From contig CAZUFC010000076.1 in NCBI GenBank assembly GCA_964619725.1, positions 1 to 22,189 of the forward strand: DNA of 22,189 nt, in the 5' to 3' direction. The position numbers and the translations under genes are program-made. Numbering within the stretch: position 1 is the stretch's first letter; each line of letters opens with the position of its first letter. The notes under the pieces are model-generated. The model was not told where the DNA came from, did not search any database, and saw only the letters and a program-made list of their open reading frames with translations. The stretch comes from an uncultured bacterium (GTDB lineage Bacteria; CSSED10-310; CAZUFC01). Of this stretch, positions 1-8,558 are shown piece by piece.

Positions 1-1102
1 CGCCCTGGTCCTTCAGCGCAGTTTTAAGGCGACTGTCGTAACTGCTGAGAAAACTCACCGCGGGCCGGTCCTGATCGTCGTAAGCCAATGAAGCGTAAGC
101 ATAAGAATCGTTCGCCCCGTCGATAAGTTCAAAAGTCCATTCGCCCCCGCTTTTAGAGGCATATACCAGGTCCTCGTCAGCGTTCCTGCCGTAGGCTATG
201 CCCGGGTTGCCTCCGGAATCGAACGCCAGACACACCGTAGGACGGTAAGCCGATATCTCGGACGTCTCAAAAAAATCAAGCCATTCCATGTTCCACGTCG
301 ATCCGTCGTAGTAAACGTAGTTTAACCAACCTTCGCCTTTATTTCCGCTCTTTTCGTCCTCGTCCATATAAAAAGCTATGTGAGGGTGATTCTGGTCGTC
401 CAGTTGAATCGAACTGTAGCATGGAATTGGGCAATACCATAATTCATGAAATTGCCACGAACTTTCAGCCATCGTGCAGTACATTATACTTGAGTCCCCT
501 GTTGATTGATATGAAATGTGGGGGATATCCTGAGAATCCATCACGAGAGAAGGATATTTGCCTGACAGAGCGCTATATGTGACTTGCTCAATTATCCACT
601 CGTTCGTTTCGCCTTTCCTCATCACATGAAGTCTCTGAGAATGATAACAGGCGATCCAGGGTTTTCCCTGAGAGTCATGAGTTATGCTTGTTGACTTATA
701 ATGTGCGGTGTCTTCGCCGAGAGTTTCTATCGTCCACAGTCCTCCAGATTTCAATGCATATTTATATTCGAAGGAAATAAGGTCAAAATAACTCAGGTGT
801 ATTCTATCCAGGTTCTCTACGCTCATTGATACTCCCCGGACGCGTCTGTCGTCGATCGTCTCCGAGCGCCATTCGCCCGATTCCTTGTAATAGACCCGCA
901 ACCGGTCTCCGCCTGTCGCAAGCGCCCAGGCATCTTCTTCAGGCATTATCCAAAAACAACGATTGGGGAACCAGTCTTGATACCAGCTCTGACACTTGAC
1001 GCATTCGATCTCCCATTCGGCTGATGAATGAGAACTAATGAACATAGAGATCAAAGTAACCAGAAAAATCAACGAAAATCTGTAAAAGTAAAAGCGCTTC
1101 AT
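1..1102 (-). CDS. Secreted beta-propeller/BNR-like repeat protein (3' end runs off the left edge)
   Basis: Not in the ORF track because it has no stop in the window. ATG at 1102 gives MKRFYFYRFSLIFLVTLISMFISSHSSA (signal peptide). The same frame is coding at the left edge, with blade motifs SLVMDSQDIPHISY, SIQLDDQNHPHIAF, CLAFDSGGNPGIAY, SLAYDDQDRPAVSF. Confidence 0.85.
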   Translation of the reverse strand, partial: MKRFYFYRFSLIFLVTLISMFISSHSSAEWEIECVKCQSWYQDWFPNRCFWIMPEEDAWALATGGDRLRVYYKESGEWRSETIDDRRVRGVSMSVENLDRIHLSYFDLISFEYKYALKSGGLWTIETLGEDTAHYKSTSITHDSQGKPWIACYHSQRLHVMRKGETNEWIIEQVTYSALSGKYPSLVMDSQDIPHISYQSTGDSSIMYCTMAESSWQFHELWYCPIPCYSSIQLDDQNHPHIAFYMDEDEKSGNKGEGWLNYVYYDGSTWNMEWLDFFETSEISAYRPTVCLAFDSGGNPGIAYGRNADEDLVYASKSGGEWTFELIDGANDSYAYASLAYDDQDRPAVSFLSSYDSRLKTALKDQG

Positions 1103-1128
1103 TTATTCAATTAATTGCAAGATGAACG

Positions 1129-1968
1129 TCAATTAGCATGCAACTTAGAATTATGGATTTCATACATCGGAGGCGCTGTTGCTATCTCTTTCCAGGCTAC
1201 GCAAGGATTGCCGCGACCGTCGAGAGCAATAGCGGGCGATTTGACTCCAAAATGCGTATATTCGTCATCAAAACTGATCATTTCATACGTTCCGGCTTTG
1301 GCGCCCCAACTCGATCCGCCGTCTGTCGAGAAGGTATAATAGCATTCCCGGTGATTCATTCCCTCAAATTTTCCTCTCCACGCCACGTGCATACGCCCTT
1401 CTGTATCAATTGCCATTGCAGGATCAAGATCGCCGTCGGTATGATGAAGATTATTGATCAATTCTTCAGCAGCGCTCCATTCGATGTTCTCCTCCTCCAC
1501 AGTAGCCGTACGATGATATAATGAATGTCTGCAGTTCAAATTCTCCCTTCCGTATATCACATGAAATATCGCCGTCTCATCCTCCTCGCCGGCGCCGCGT
1601 TTATTGCCGAATCCACCCTCGATCGGTTCGGCAGGAGGCGCGACAGCAATCGTCAATCCGTGCATGGCTTCATGCTCACCGGCCGTAAACGCCACATACG
1701 TATCATACTCCAGAAAATCATGATGAGAAAAGGAAGACCAGAATTCAGTGATCCCCGATTCAGTCATTACTTCCTGCTGCCACGCTGCATATACCGTCCC
1801 GCTTCTGCCGCAGAATACGTCGGGAAGCGCGGTGCCGGAACCGTCTTCCGGATCGCTCACTACAATGTCCGCTATGGTTCCGGTCCAATAACCGGAAGCA
1901 AACGCGGCGCCGGTTAAACCTGCTGCAATAATTGCGAACGCCGCTGAAATGACCCGTATTGCTCTCAT
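1129..1968 (-). CDS. Secreted Asp-box (BNR) repeat protein, sialidase-fold-like
   Basis: Start placed at ATG 1968 (preceded by GGAGG). Signal peptide MRAIRVISAAFAIIAAGLTGAAFA; Asp-box YYTFSTDGGSSWG; blade motifs PAMAIDTEGRMHVAW and PAIALDGRGNPCVAW. The 26-bp gap to the next gene suggests an operon. Confidence 0.85.
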   Translation of the reverse strand: MRAIRVISAAFAIIAAGLTGAAFASGYWTGTIADIVVSDPEDGSGTALPDVFCGRSGTVYAAWQQEVMTESGITEFWSSFSHHDFLEYDTYVAFTAGEHEAMHGLTIAVAPPAEPIEGGFGNKRGAGEEDETAIFHVIYGRENLNCRHSLYHRTATVEEENIEWSAAEELINNLHHTDGDLDPAMAIDTEGRMHVAWRGKFEGMNHRECYYTFSTDGGSSWGAKAGTYEMISFDDEYTHFGVKSPAIALDGRGNPCVAWKEIATAPPMYEIHNSKLHAN

Positions 1969-2031
1969 TTTAACCTCCATAATGAACGAATTGACGTGTC
2001 AGAAATATCATCGTCAGCAATTTCTGTTTTT

Positions 2032-2059
2032 ATTATAAGATTCGATTCTCTAAAGTCAA
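2032..2059 (-). promoter_or_regulatory. sigma70-type promoter for the 1968/1102 operon
   Basis: Minus strand TTGACT (2059-2054), 16 bp, TATAAT (2037-2032). Confidence 0.65.
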
Positions 2060-2188
2060 GAAAATCCATCGTTTTTGTAATATACTCTGACAAATTATTG
2101 TGACTATTGTATTCTGCCGATTTTTCCTGTTTTGACCTCTTTCATCAAGGCATTAGGTTCCTTCTCCTCCGACGGGTATCATTATTCC

Positions 2189-2260
2189 ACCATGAAGAGC
2201 ATGAAGGACATGAAGTTAAATTCAAACGCTCCTCTTCGTGCTCTTCATGTTCTTCATGGT
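2189..2260. repeat. Palindrome built from 9-bp units (CATGAAGRR x3 per arm)
   Basis: ACCATGAAGAGCATGAAGGACATGAAG (2189-2215) is an imperfect inverted repeat of CTTCGTGCTCTTCATGTTCTTCATGGT (2234-2260). Confidence 0.85.
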
Positions 2261-2290
2261 TTATAAGGCGGTTTCATTCGGTATCGGTAT

Positions 2291-2372
2291 CGATCCCAAT
2301 ACCTAACCCGATTACTGAAACAAGCTGTAAAAAGTTTTGAAAGGAGTGTAACCTTAGACTGATCAGTCCCCG
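2291..2372 (+). repeat. 82-bp dispersed repeat, copy A
   Basis: Aligns without gaps to 10617-10698 (65/82 identical by hand count); core ACTGAAACAA..TTTTGAAAGRAGTGTAACC..TGATCAGT. Confidence 0.85.
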
Positions 2373-2471
2373 TTTTTGCTTTTGTCCCGGACTAAAGGCC
2401 TTGGATTGCTCCAGATATTGAGAGACATCTTCTTCCACATCAAATTTTTGGGACTGATCAAATGGGGGTTA
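2349..2471. mobile_element. Putative 123-bp MITE-like element with TGATCA-containing terminal inverted repeats
   Basis: TAACCTTAGACTGATCAGTCCC (2349-2370) vs GGGACTGATCAAATGGGGGTTA (2450-2471); TA at both ends; no ORF. Confidence 0.5.
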
Positions 2472-2554
2472 AGATTTGGATTGATCCAAAAATCTCTTAC
2501 ACGGAAGTTTACTGATCCATATTTCCGTAATGGGTTTTAGAAACCTCATCGGGA

Positions 2555-2577
2555 AAGCGGCAGGATGCCGCTTCTAC
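2555..2577 (-). repeat. GTAG-type REP-like palindrome
   Basis: Minus strand GTAG-AAGCGGCA-TCC-TGCCGCTT: a GTAG foot followed by a perfect 8-bp stem. Confidence 0.7.
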
Positions 2578-2790
2578 TTTCAGGCGCTTTTTATTTCGTT
2601 TCAATCTGATAATCGACTGCTGACTCAACGGCTTGAGGAGAGCCTTTTTCACCGGCTCGTCAGGAATAACTTCGCTGCATCACATCTCATCTTCAAGCCG
2701 GAGACAAGGCCACATGTCGCATTGTCTTCCCAGTGAATCGACGGCTACGAACGCCGGCATGTTTCGTCCCGCTGCCGGGGCCTTGTCTCG

Positions 2791-3405
2791 TTATAACCTT
2801 GCTTTCTGTAATATTCGAATGCACTTTTCCACTATTTCCCAGGGTTTCATTTCGTCAGAGAGATGAATAGTCGATAAACCGAGTCGACGAGCCTGTTTTC
2901 GTATTTCAGCATTGTAGCGTAGGCTTCGTTCCAAGTAGTTTCTAAGCATGGTTTCACGATCACGGGCCCCCATACTGAAATCACTGTTGCGGACTCTTTT
3001 TTGAATCAATGATTCGTCTGCGATCAGGAAAACGCCGTCAATGTCCCCGGACAGTTTCGACACGTTTTCAGGCCGTAAAGCCCAACCCTCTATGACGATG
3101 GGACGCCCCCATGATGCGTGATTCTGGAAAATAACACGTAACGCAGGCCACAACGCTGCATGCTGGGCGTCGATATCGCTCATTAATTTCTGTATGTCGG
3201 CCGTTGCGTAGTAGTCGCGGTAATCCCGGGAGATCATGTAATGAAAGGCTGGATGAGTCGATTTATCCGTTACTGCAGCGACGGCGGCGCCGATGTCATC
3301 GGTTGAAAGAGACGCGTATTTCAGACTTGAAGCCAGCAGAGTCGCTGCAGTGGATTTTCCGGTCATGGGCGCGCCACCGATATAAATGACTTTCGGCACA
3401 TTCAT
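2791..3405 (-). CDS. P-loop kinase-like protein (2-phosphoglycerate kinase/nucleotide kinase-like)
   Basis: N-terminal Walker A IYIGGAPMTGKST, then STDD and Walker-B-like IVIEG; 204 aa. Confidence 0.8.
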   Translation of the reverse strand: MNVPKVIYIGGAPMTGKSTAATLLASSLKYASLSTDDIGAAVAAVTDKSTHPAFHYMISRDYRDYYATADIQKLMSDIDAQHAALWPALRVIFQNHASWGRPIVIEGWALRPENVSKLSGDIDGVFLIADESLIQKRVRNSDFSMGARDRETMLRNYLERSLRYNAEIRKQARRLGLSTIHLSDEMKPWEIVEKCIRILQKARL

Positions 3406-3752
3406 TTCATTGCGCCTTAACTGTTATAACGGGGTAAGCGCCCGATGCATAAACGCTTTCGTCCAGGGCATCCAGGAATGCCGGTCCTAAAATCGCATGC
3501 ATGGACAAGCGCGGTCAACGCCGCCTTCAGTTCTTTCGTTTCTACTTCATTCAAAATGGTCCCTCCCCGGGAGTGATCTTTAATATAAGAATTCAGCGTG
3601 GAAAGATCAATGAAATGTTTATTCACAGTCTGTCGGAAACTCTATCCGCGTCATACTGCTCAGCGCAGCGTTGTTTTAACTGACAGGGATCGTCAAAACG
3701 GATCAATGGCCTGAACCCGTGACGAGGTTGCACCAGTATGCAGATGGTTACT

Positions 3753-3775
3753 GGAAGCGCAGGCATCCTGCCTGC
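3753..3775 (+). repeat. REP-like palindrome with TCC loop
   Basis: GGAAGC-GCAGGCA-TCC-TGCCTGC; same GGCA-TCC-TGCC core as 2555-2577. Confidence 0.6.
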
Positions 3776-4025
3776 CTGCGCATCGAAAACCTTTAAGTAA
3801 CGTTAAGCGCTTTACCCGGGCCTAACCGGAGAATCAACCAGAACAAACTACAGTTATTCAGCTTTTGTCGATAGACTCGAACCCTGGTTAAAATTCCAGC
3901 GTTTGACAGGAATTACGGCTTCTGATCAGTGAAGGGATGCAGATGTCCGCCAATACAAAATTTTTGATGAGGAACAAGCATCCGGGTTGGAAAACTTATT
4001 CATATGCCGCGCAAAGCGAGAGGGG

Positions 4026-4210
4026 TAAGCCCGCATTTCTCATACAAAACCTGTTACGAGCGTCCATATCCCCGCACCTTCAAGCGCTGCTCCCTGCGGC
4101 CTTGCTCAACGTAGCGCTGCTATGTTTCCGCAGTCCTTCAGTCCGCCATGTTTGAATCTGCGGGAATCTGAACGCTCTCACCACGATTTTGTATGAGAAA
4201 TCCGGGTTAG
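4026..4210 (+). mobile_element. 185-bp MITE-like element, copy 1
   Basis: Terminal inverted repeats CCCG(C/G)ATTTCTCATACAAAA / TTTTGTATGAGAAATCCGGG, flanked by TAAG/TTAG; ungapped match to the copies at 10860 and 20320. Confidence 0.9.
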
Positions 4211-4605
4211 CCGGATGCAGGAAAATAATGCTCCCGCCGCCAGAATCACGGCGCTTGCCGTTTTGATTATTTTCATTTATGCAGCAGCCTTTAGAGAAAT
4301 TGACCGATGCATTGGACGTCGAAGAATTTTTCGATCCGTCCGGGTCATCGTTGTTCAGCTCCTCCAATCTTCCATCAACCGTCGCATAATGTACCATAAC
4401 ATGATTGACGGGTAAAGATCAGCTTCCTGATGGGCGATTACGGCATTTTTTTATTCAAGTTTTTTGAACGATTGTTTTCGTCAAACAACTTATGGATTTT
4501 TTTTGCGGAATGTCAGCGCATGAGATTCTAAAGCTGCCGTTTATCGTTTGCTTTGCTTGCTTTTGCGAAGCGGCGCCATTAACAATTGTGCCGCTGGAAT
4601 TGGTT

Positions 4606-6132
4606 TTAAATGAAAGAAAAAGCTTTGGTGTCTACATTGGAGATGATGGCGGCGGCTTCCAGCATGTCTGGAGTAAATGCTGCGGCATGAAAGTAAAAGG
4701 GGCCTCCTGTCGAAAGCGGATCGGGCAGCGTGAATTCCGGCAGATATACGATTTCTCTTGATTCTGAAGGTGATAGGGTTACGCTATAATGGTCCAGTGA
4801 TTGCATCCAGCCTGGTGCGAACCAGAATTCTCCGAACACTTCCAGCAAGATGTAAATGTCTGCGCTTCGGGCCGCTCCGGGATTATGGACATCCAATATG
4901 CCTTCCATCATGTCTCCGGCGCTGTAATTCATATCCGGTCCCAGATCAAGCGTCAGATTCTCAGGCGACCACGTTGGCGTCGGCGTCGGGGTGTAACTCG
5001 GCGTCGGCGTTGCAGTCGGATGGGAAGGAATATAGCCCAGCGCGAAATATACATTGCTGTTCTCATTATCCCTGACCGCTATCCCTACCGCATCTCTCGT
5101 CGGGTCCCACTGAGCGCTTATCACATTCGCCGAACCTGCCAGCGATACTTCGTCTATGACCTCGGTCTGCCATCCCATGTCATAATAAGCATAATTCAAC
5201 TGATGAAATGTGGAATACACGAAATAGATGTTTGAGGTGGTAATACCTTCTTCTACCGCTGCAGCTAAACCCACGTCATATATCAGATCGCTTCCCGTTA
5301 CCCTCACTGCCGTGTTGTTATAAAAAGTTCCGCCTATTTTGTAAGCATCCTTGATGATATAATCCCCCGGCGTATCCAGAAAGCCGATGTAAGGAATATC
5401 GCCGTCTATGATTCGTAATTCCACCCAATGACACTCAGTAATCGATGCCGCCGTATCTATCTCGTAATTATATGCGCCTGTCCTTAACGCATATTTTATT
5501 TCATTATCCTGCGTATCTTCCCATACGAAATGAGCCCTGCGCTCTGAATCCAACGCAATGTCCATTTTCCGGATATCATACTCAGGATCATAAAAAACGA
5601 TCTGCTCCCCCGTCCATTCCCCGCTTCGGTTCGTCACATATCGCAAGCTGGTTCCCCATGTCGTAACATACGTGTAAATAATATGAAACAGCGAATATTC
5701 ATCCATGCAAAATTTGAAATCATACGCCTCAAACGCTTCATCTACAGCTTCCGTCGATGTCCAGCTTCCCTCTATCCTCTCTGTAAAATGCAATCGGGAC
5801 GTATCACTCTCATCATACATGATTGTGGGAAAGTTCCCTCTTATTTCCAGTTGCGGATGAAAAAACGCATCCAATCCCACAACCGTCGCAGTCTCAAGAA
5901 TCGTCCACGTCGGCTCCTGCCATAATCCATACCATATCGTCCCGTTATGCTCATTGGAAATCGCTAAATGAAAATCGCCGCTTTCCGAATTCTTTAAATC
6001 CAAAGTGAGTCCGATGGTCCCGCTCGATCCCATAACATACTGTCCCGAAGTCCAGTTCAAAGGGCCGGCTGCAGCGCCTGCCGTCATCAAAATCAACACC
6101 GTAACGATAATAAATGTATATTTGCTTCCCAT
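4606..6132 (-). CDS. Secreted beta-propeller protein with Pro/Thr linker and ~115-aa C-terminal beta-rich domain
   Basis: Signal peptide MGSKYTFIIVTVLILMTAGAAA; SD AGGAG; blade motifs (DIALDSERRAHFVW); linker PTATPTPSYTPTPTPT; C-terminal domain ending KAFSFI. Confidence 0.85.
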   Translation of the reverse strand: MGSKYTFIIVTVLILMTAGAAAGPLNWTSGQYVMGSSGTIGLTLDLKNSESGDFHLAISNEHNGTIWYGLWQEPTWTILETATVVGLDAFFHPQLEIRGNFPTIMYDESDTSRLHFTERIEGSWTSTEAVDEAFEAYDFKFCMDEYSLFHIIYTYVTTWGTSLRYVTNRSGEWTGEQIVFYDPEYDIRKMDIALDSERRAHFVWEDTQDNEIKYALRTGAYNYEIDTAASITECHWVELRIIDGDIPYIGFLDTPGDYIIKDAYKIGGTFYNNTAVRVTGSDLIYDVGLAAAVEEGITTSNIYFVYSTFHQLNYAYYDMGWQTEVIDEVSLAGSANVISAQWDPTRDAVGIAVRDNENSNVYFALGYIPSHPTATPTPSYTPTPTPTWSPENLTLDLGPDMNYSAGDMMEGILDVHNPGAARSADIYILLEVFGEFWFAPGWMQSLDHYSVTLSPSESREIVYLPEFTLPDPLSTGGPFYFHAAAFTPDMLEAAAIISNVDTKAFSFI

Positions 6133-6236
6133 ATTATCTCCTGACTTTGTTAAATTGTTTTAAGAATGCTAAAACCCCACCAACGAAATGCTCCTTCATT
6201 CATAAGCGATTGACACCCCGCTCACGAACATCAGTA

Positions 6237-6265
6237 AGGATAACACAGGCAAAATAAAATGTCAA
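6237..6265 (-). promoter_or_regulatory. sigma70 promoter (extended -10) for the 6132 gene
   Basis: Minus strand TTGACA (6265-6260), 17 bp, TGn-TATCCT (6242-6237). Confidence 0.6.
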
Positions 6266-6345
6266 TAATTGTAATTCTTGTAATAATGGAAATGAGCCTA
6301 TTTTTTTCCCAAAATGGCGAACGGAACCGGTGTTGATTCATTCAA

Positions 6346-6374
6346 TTGACTGAAGAATTCCAACAGACTAAAAT
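6346..6374 (+). promoter_or_regulatory. sigma70 promoter for the 6396 gene
   Basis: TTGACT (6346-6351), 17 bp, TAAAAT (6369-6374). Confidence 0.65.
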
Positions 6375-6395
6375 AAAAATTCGGATAAAGGAATC

Positions 6396-8435
6396 ATGAC
6401 AGCCGGCAGTACATATGGACGCATTTTCATTTCAATTATGCTGGTCTTGCTAATTATCATTCATATTTACTGGGTGGTTTCTGAGCCGCCTGAACACTTA
6501 TTCGGCGACGGACCGGAATATGTTCTCATGACATTAAATTTTGTGATCAGCAGCGCCTTCAAGCTTGAAAAAGAGACCGTTGATTATTTCAACGTTTCAA
6601 TTGCTCGCCCGCTAAAGGTTTCTAAAATAGAAGCAAAAACTCAGGACGGAAAAATAGTTTCCCTGGAGAATTTTTCAGGATTCTACAAAGACAGGTTCGG
6701 CAGATATCATTGTTATCATTTCTGGCTTTATTCACTGTTCGTGTACCCGATATACGGTTTTCTGGATGCCGCATCGCCTTTCACGCCGAAGCCTTTACTT
6801 TCGTTTTCCATTTTTAATCTGCTGCTGTTTATTCTTGTCCTGATCGCGGTAAGCCGCCGTTTTAGAGGCAGTCTCACCGGTTTAATCATCATCTATATTT
6901 CGATTATTTTTTCTCCGCTGGAAGGTTATTTAATCTGGCAACACCCTGAAATTTTTTCTTTCGCATTGACTTCCCTGGCTTTCCTGGAATCTTATCGTTG
7001 GGGCAAATTCCTGGCGCCTGTTTATCTGGGATTGGCAGCGACTCAGAATCAACCGCTTCTAATGGCTTTCCCTCTGCTGTATTTTATTCAGAGCAAGTTG
7101 AGCACGAAAGCGATGGATTCACCGAATCAAATCAATAAAAAAATGATTGTGTGCTTTTATACAGTCGGCGTGTTCATAGGGATATCGCCCATCCTTTATT
7201 ATTTATACTATTTCAACACTCCGAATCTGATAGTTGAAACCGGTTCAGCAAGCCTTAAAATGGTTTCATTCCGCCGTTTAGCCGATTTTTACATTGATCC
7301 GGCGGTGGGGATGATATGGCATTACCCGGCAGTATTGTTTTTCATTTTGTTTTTTAAGCCCCGGAAGACGGCGTACTGGGCGGTATCGGCAACGTCGGTA
7401 ATAATGGCCTCTGCATCATGCGCGACGTTGAATTTCAATCCCGGGATGATCGGCCTGCGTTACCTGTCCTGGCATATTCCCATATTCTACCCTTTTCTTG
7501 TGAGAATTTTCCGAAACATTTCTTTCAAAAGCATACGATTCTGGTTAGGCAGCATCCTTTTCGGGATGATTGCATCAAACTTCATTCAACTTCCGGGTAA
7601 TCCGCATTTAGAAAAATTTAATCCGCGCCGGCGTTTTGAGAGTAATTATAATTACATGGCATTTCTTCGGTGGATACCGGTTTTTTATCAGCCCACACCG
7701 GAAATTTTCGCCGAAAACATCCTGCACAGGGAAATCAAATATGATGAAAAACCCGGACCTTTACTTTTCAAGGTAAGTAATCCGATATGGGGAACAGGAT
7801 TCAGTCCCGGCTGCATGTATCAATTGCTGCTTTTTAAACCTCAAGTAGCGGCGGACGGAACATTTTCATTGGCGCTCGATTCAGAAGAATCCCGCTCGCT
7901 GAGTACAGGAGGATTATTTCCTGAGCTTTACCGGGAAAAGAGCATCAGCAGAACCGGCGATGTATATATTCATGAATACGATTTATCGGAAATGAAATGG
8001 AAAGGGGGTGAATACAGATATCTGTATATCGAGACCGATTCTGAGTTCCTGGATTTTTCTCCTGACCAGAGAAGTTGTTGTTCTCTAAGCGTCAATAAGG
8101 ACAAAGGATTGAGTTATCTGAAGTTAGCCAAGTATCAGAAAACGCCGCCGGTTGATATTTATCTTCTGATTTTCAGCAGAGGCAAATTTTGCGGTTATAT
8201 GCCGGAATCAGGCCAATGGGTTGCGACTGACGATTATGGGCTTATGGAACCTTTCAGGAGGCGAATGACGGGCTATCTTCTGGACAAATTTGATATAAAG
8301 CGTATCATCAATGTGGATTATTTAAATCGTTTTACCGAATGCGTATTTGTAGCGGTCGCCGTTAAAGCGGGAAAGGATGTAATGCACGAGGACGATTGGT
8401 TCGGTTTGCCTTTCACAGTCAGCCTTAAATTTTAA
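6396..8435 (+). CDS. Multi-pass membrane protein, GT-C-fold glycosyltransferase-like, with soluble C-terminal domains
   Basis: First TM followed by acidic loop GDGPEY; about 10 hydrophobic segments; HPE and GLRYL motifs as seen in PMT/ArnT-like GT-C proteins; soluble C-terminal region ending TVSLKF. Confidence 0.65.
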   Translation: MTAGSTYGRIFISIMLVLLIIIHIYWVVSEPPEHLFGDGPEYVLMTLNFVISSAFKLEKETVDYFNVSIARPLKVSKIEAKTQDGKIVSLENFSGFYKDRFGRYHCYHFWLYSLFVYPIYGFLDAASPFTPKPLLSFSIFNLLLFILVLIAVSRRFRGSLTGLIIIYISIIFSPLEGYLIWQHPEIFSFALTSLAFLESYRWGKFLAPVYLGLAATQNQPLLMAFPLLYFIQSKLSTKAMDSPNQINKKMIVCFYTVGVFIGISPILYYLYYFNTPNLIVETGSASLKMVSFRRLADFYIDPAVGMIWHYPAVLFFILFFKPRKTAYWAVSATSVIMASASCATLNFNPGMIGLRYLSWHIPIFYPFLVRIFRNISFKSIRFWLGSILFGMIASNFIQLPGNPHLEKFNPRRRFESNYNYMAFLRWIPVFYQPTPEIFAENILHREIKYDEKPGPLLFKVSNPIWGTGFSPGCMYQLLLFKPQVAADGTFSLALDSEESRSLSTGGLFPELYREKSISRTGDVYIHEYDLSEMKWKGGEYRYLYIETDSEFLDFSPDQRSCCSLSVNKDKGLSYLKLAKYQKTPPVDIYLLIFSRGKFCGYMPESGQWVATDDYGLMEPFRRRMTGYLLDKFDIKRIINVDYLNRFTECVFVAVAVKAGKDVMHEDDWFGLPFTVSLKF

Positions 8436-8558
8436 CGGGCGAGATTTCAATACCGCCTGATTGTTTCATGATAGCAGCAACGAAGTGACTTATGAGTAAT
8501 ACGCGTCCTTCGTAAATCCCTGGTGTCCCTTCCGAAGAAAAATTCAGCCGTTTTAGGA

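Noticed and set aside
2107-2340. 77-aa ORF containing FHHEEHEGHE..SSCSSCSSWF
   Set aside because: It is the translation of the palindromic 9-mer and hexamer repeats, not a His-rich peptide gene.
2755-3470. GGACGAAA motifs on the minus strand suggesting hammerhead ribozymes
   Set aside because: No CUGANGA core with a matching stem II upstream of either motif.
3417-3626. 69-aa minus-strand ORF upstream of the kinase gene
   Set aside because: No recognisable motif or SD, and its 3' half overlaps a hairpin; cannot be supported, though a remnant is possible.
3937-4397. ORFs 3937-4155, 4080-4397, 10936-11181 and 20229-20504 with mutually similar peptides
   Set aside because: The similarity comes from the 185-bp repeat; frames, starts and stops differ between copies.
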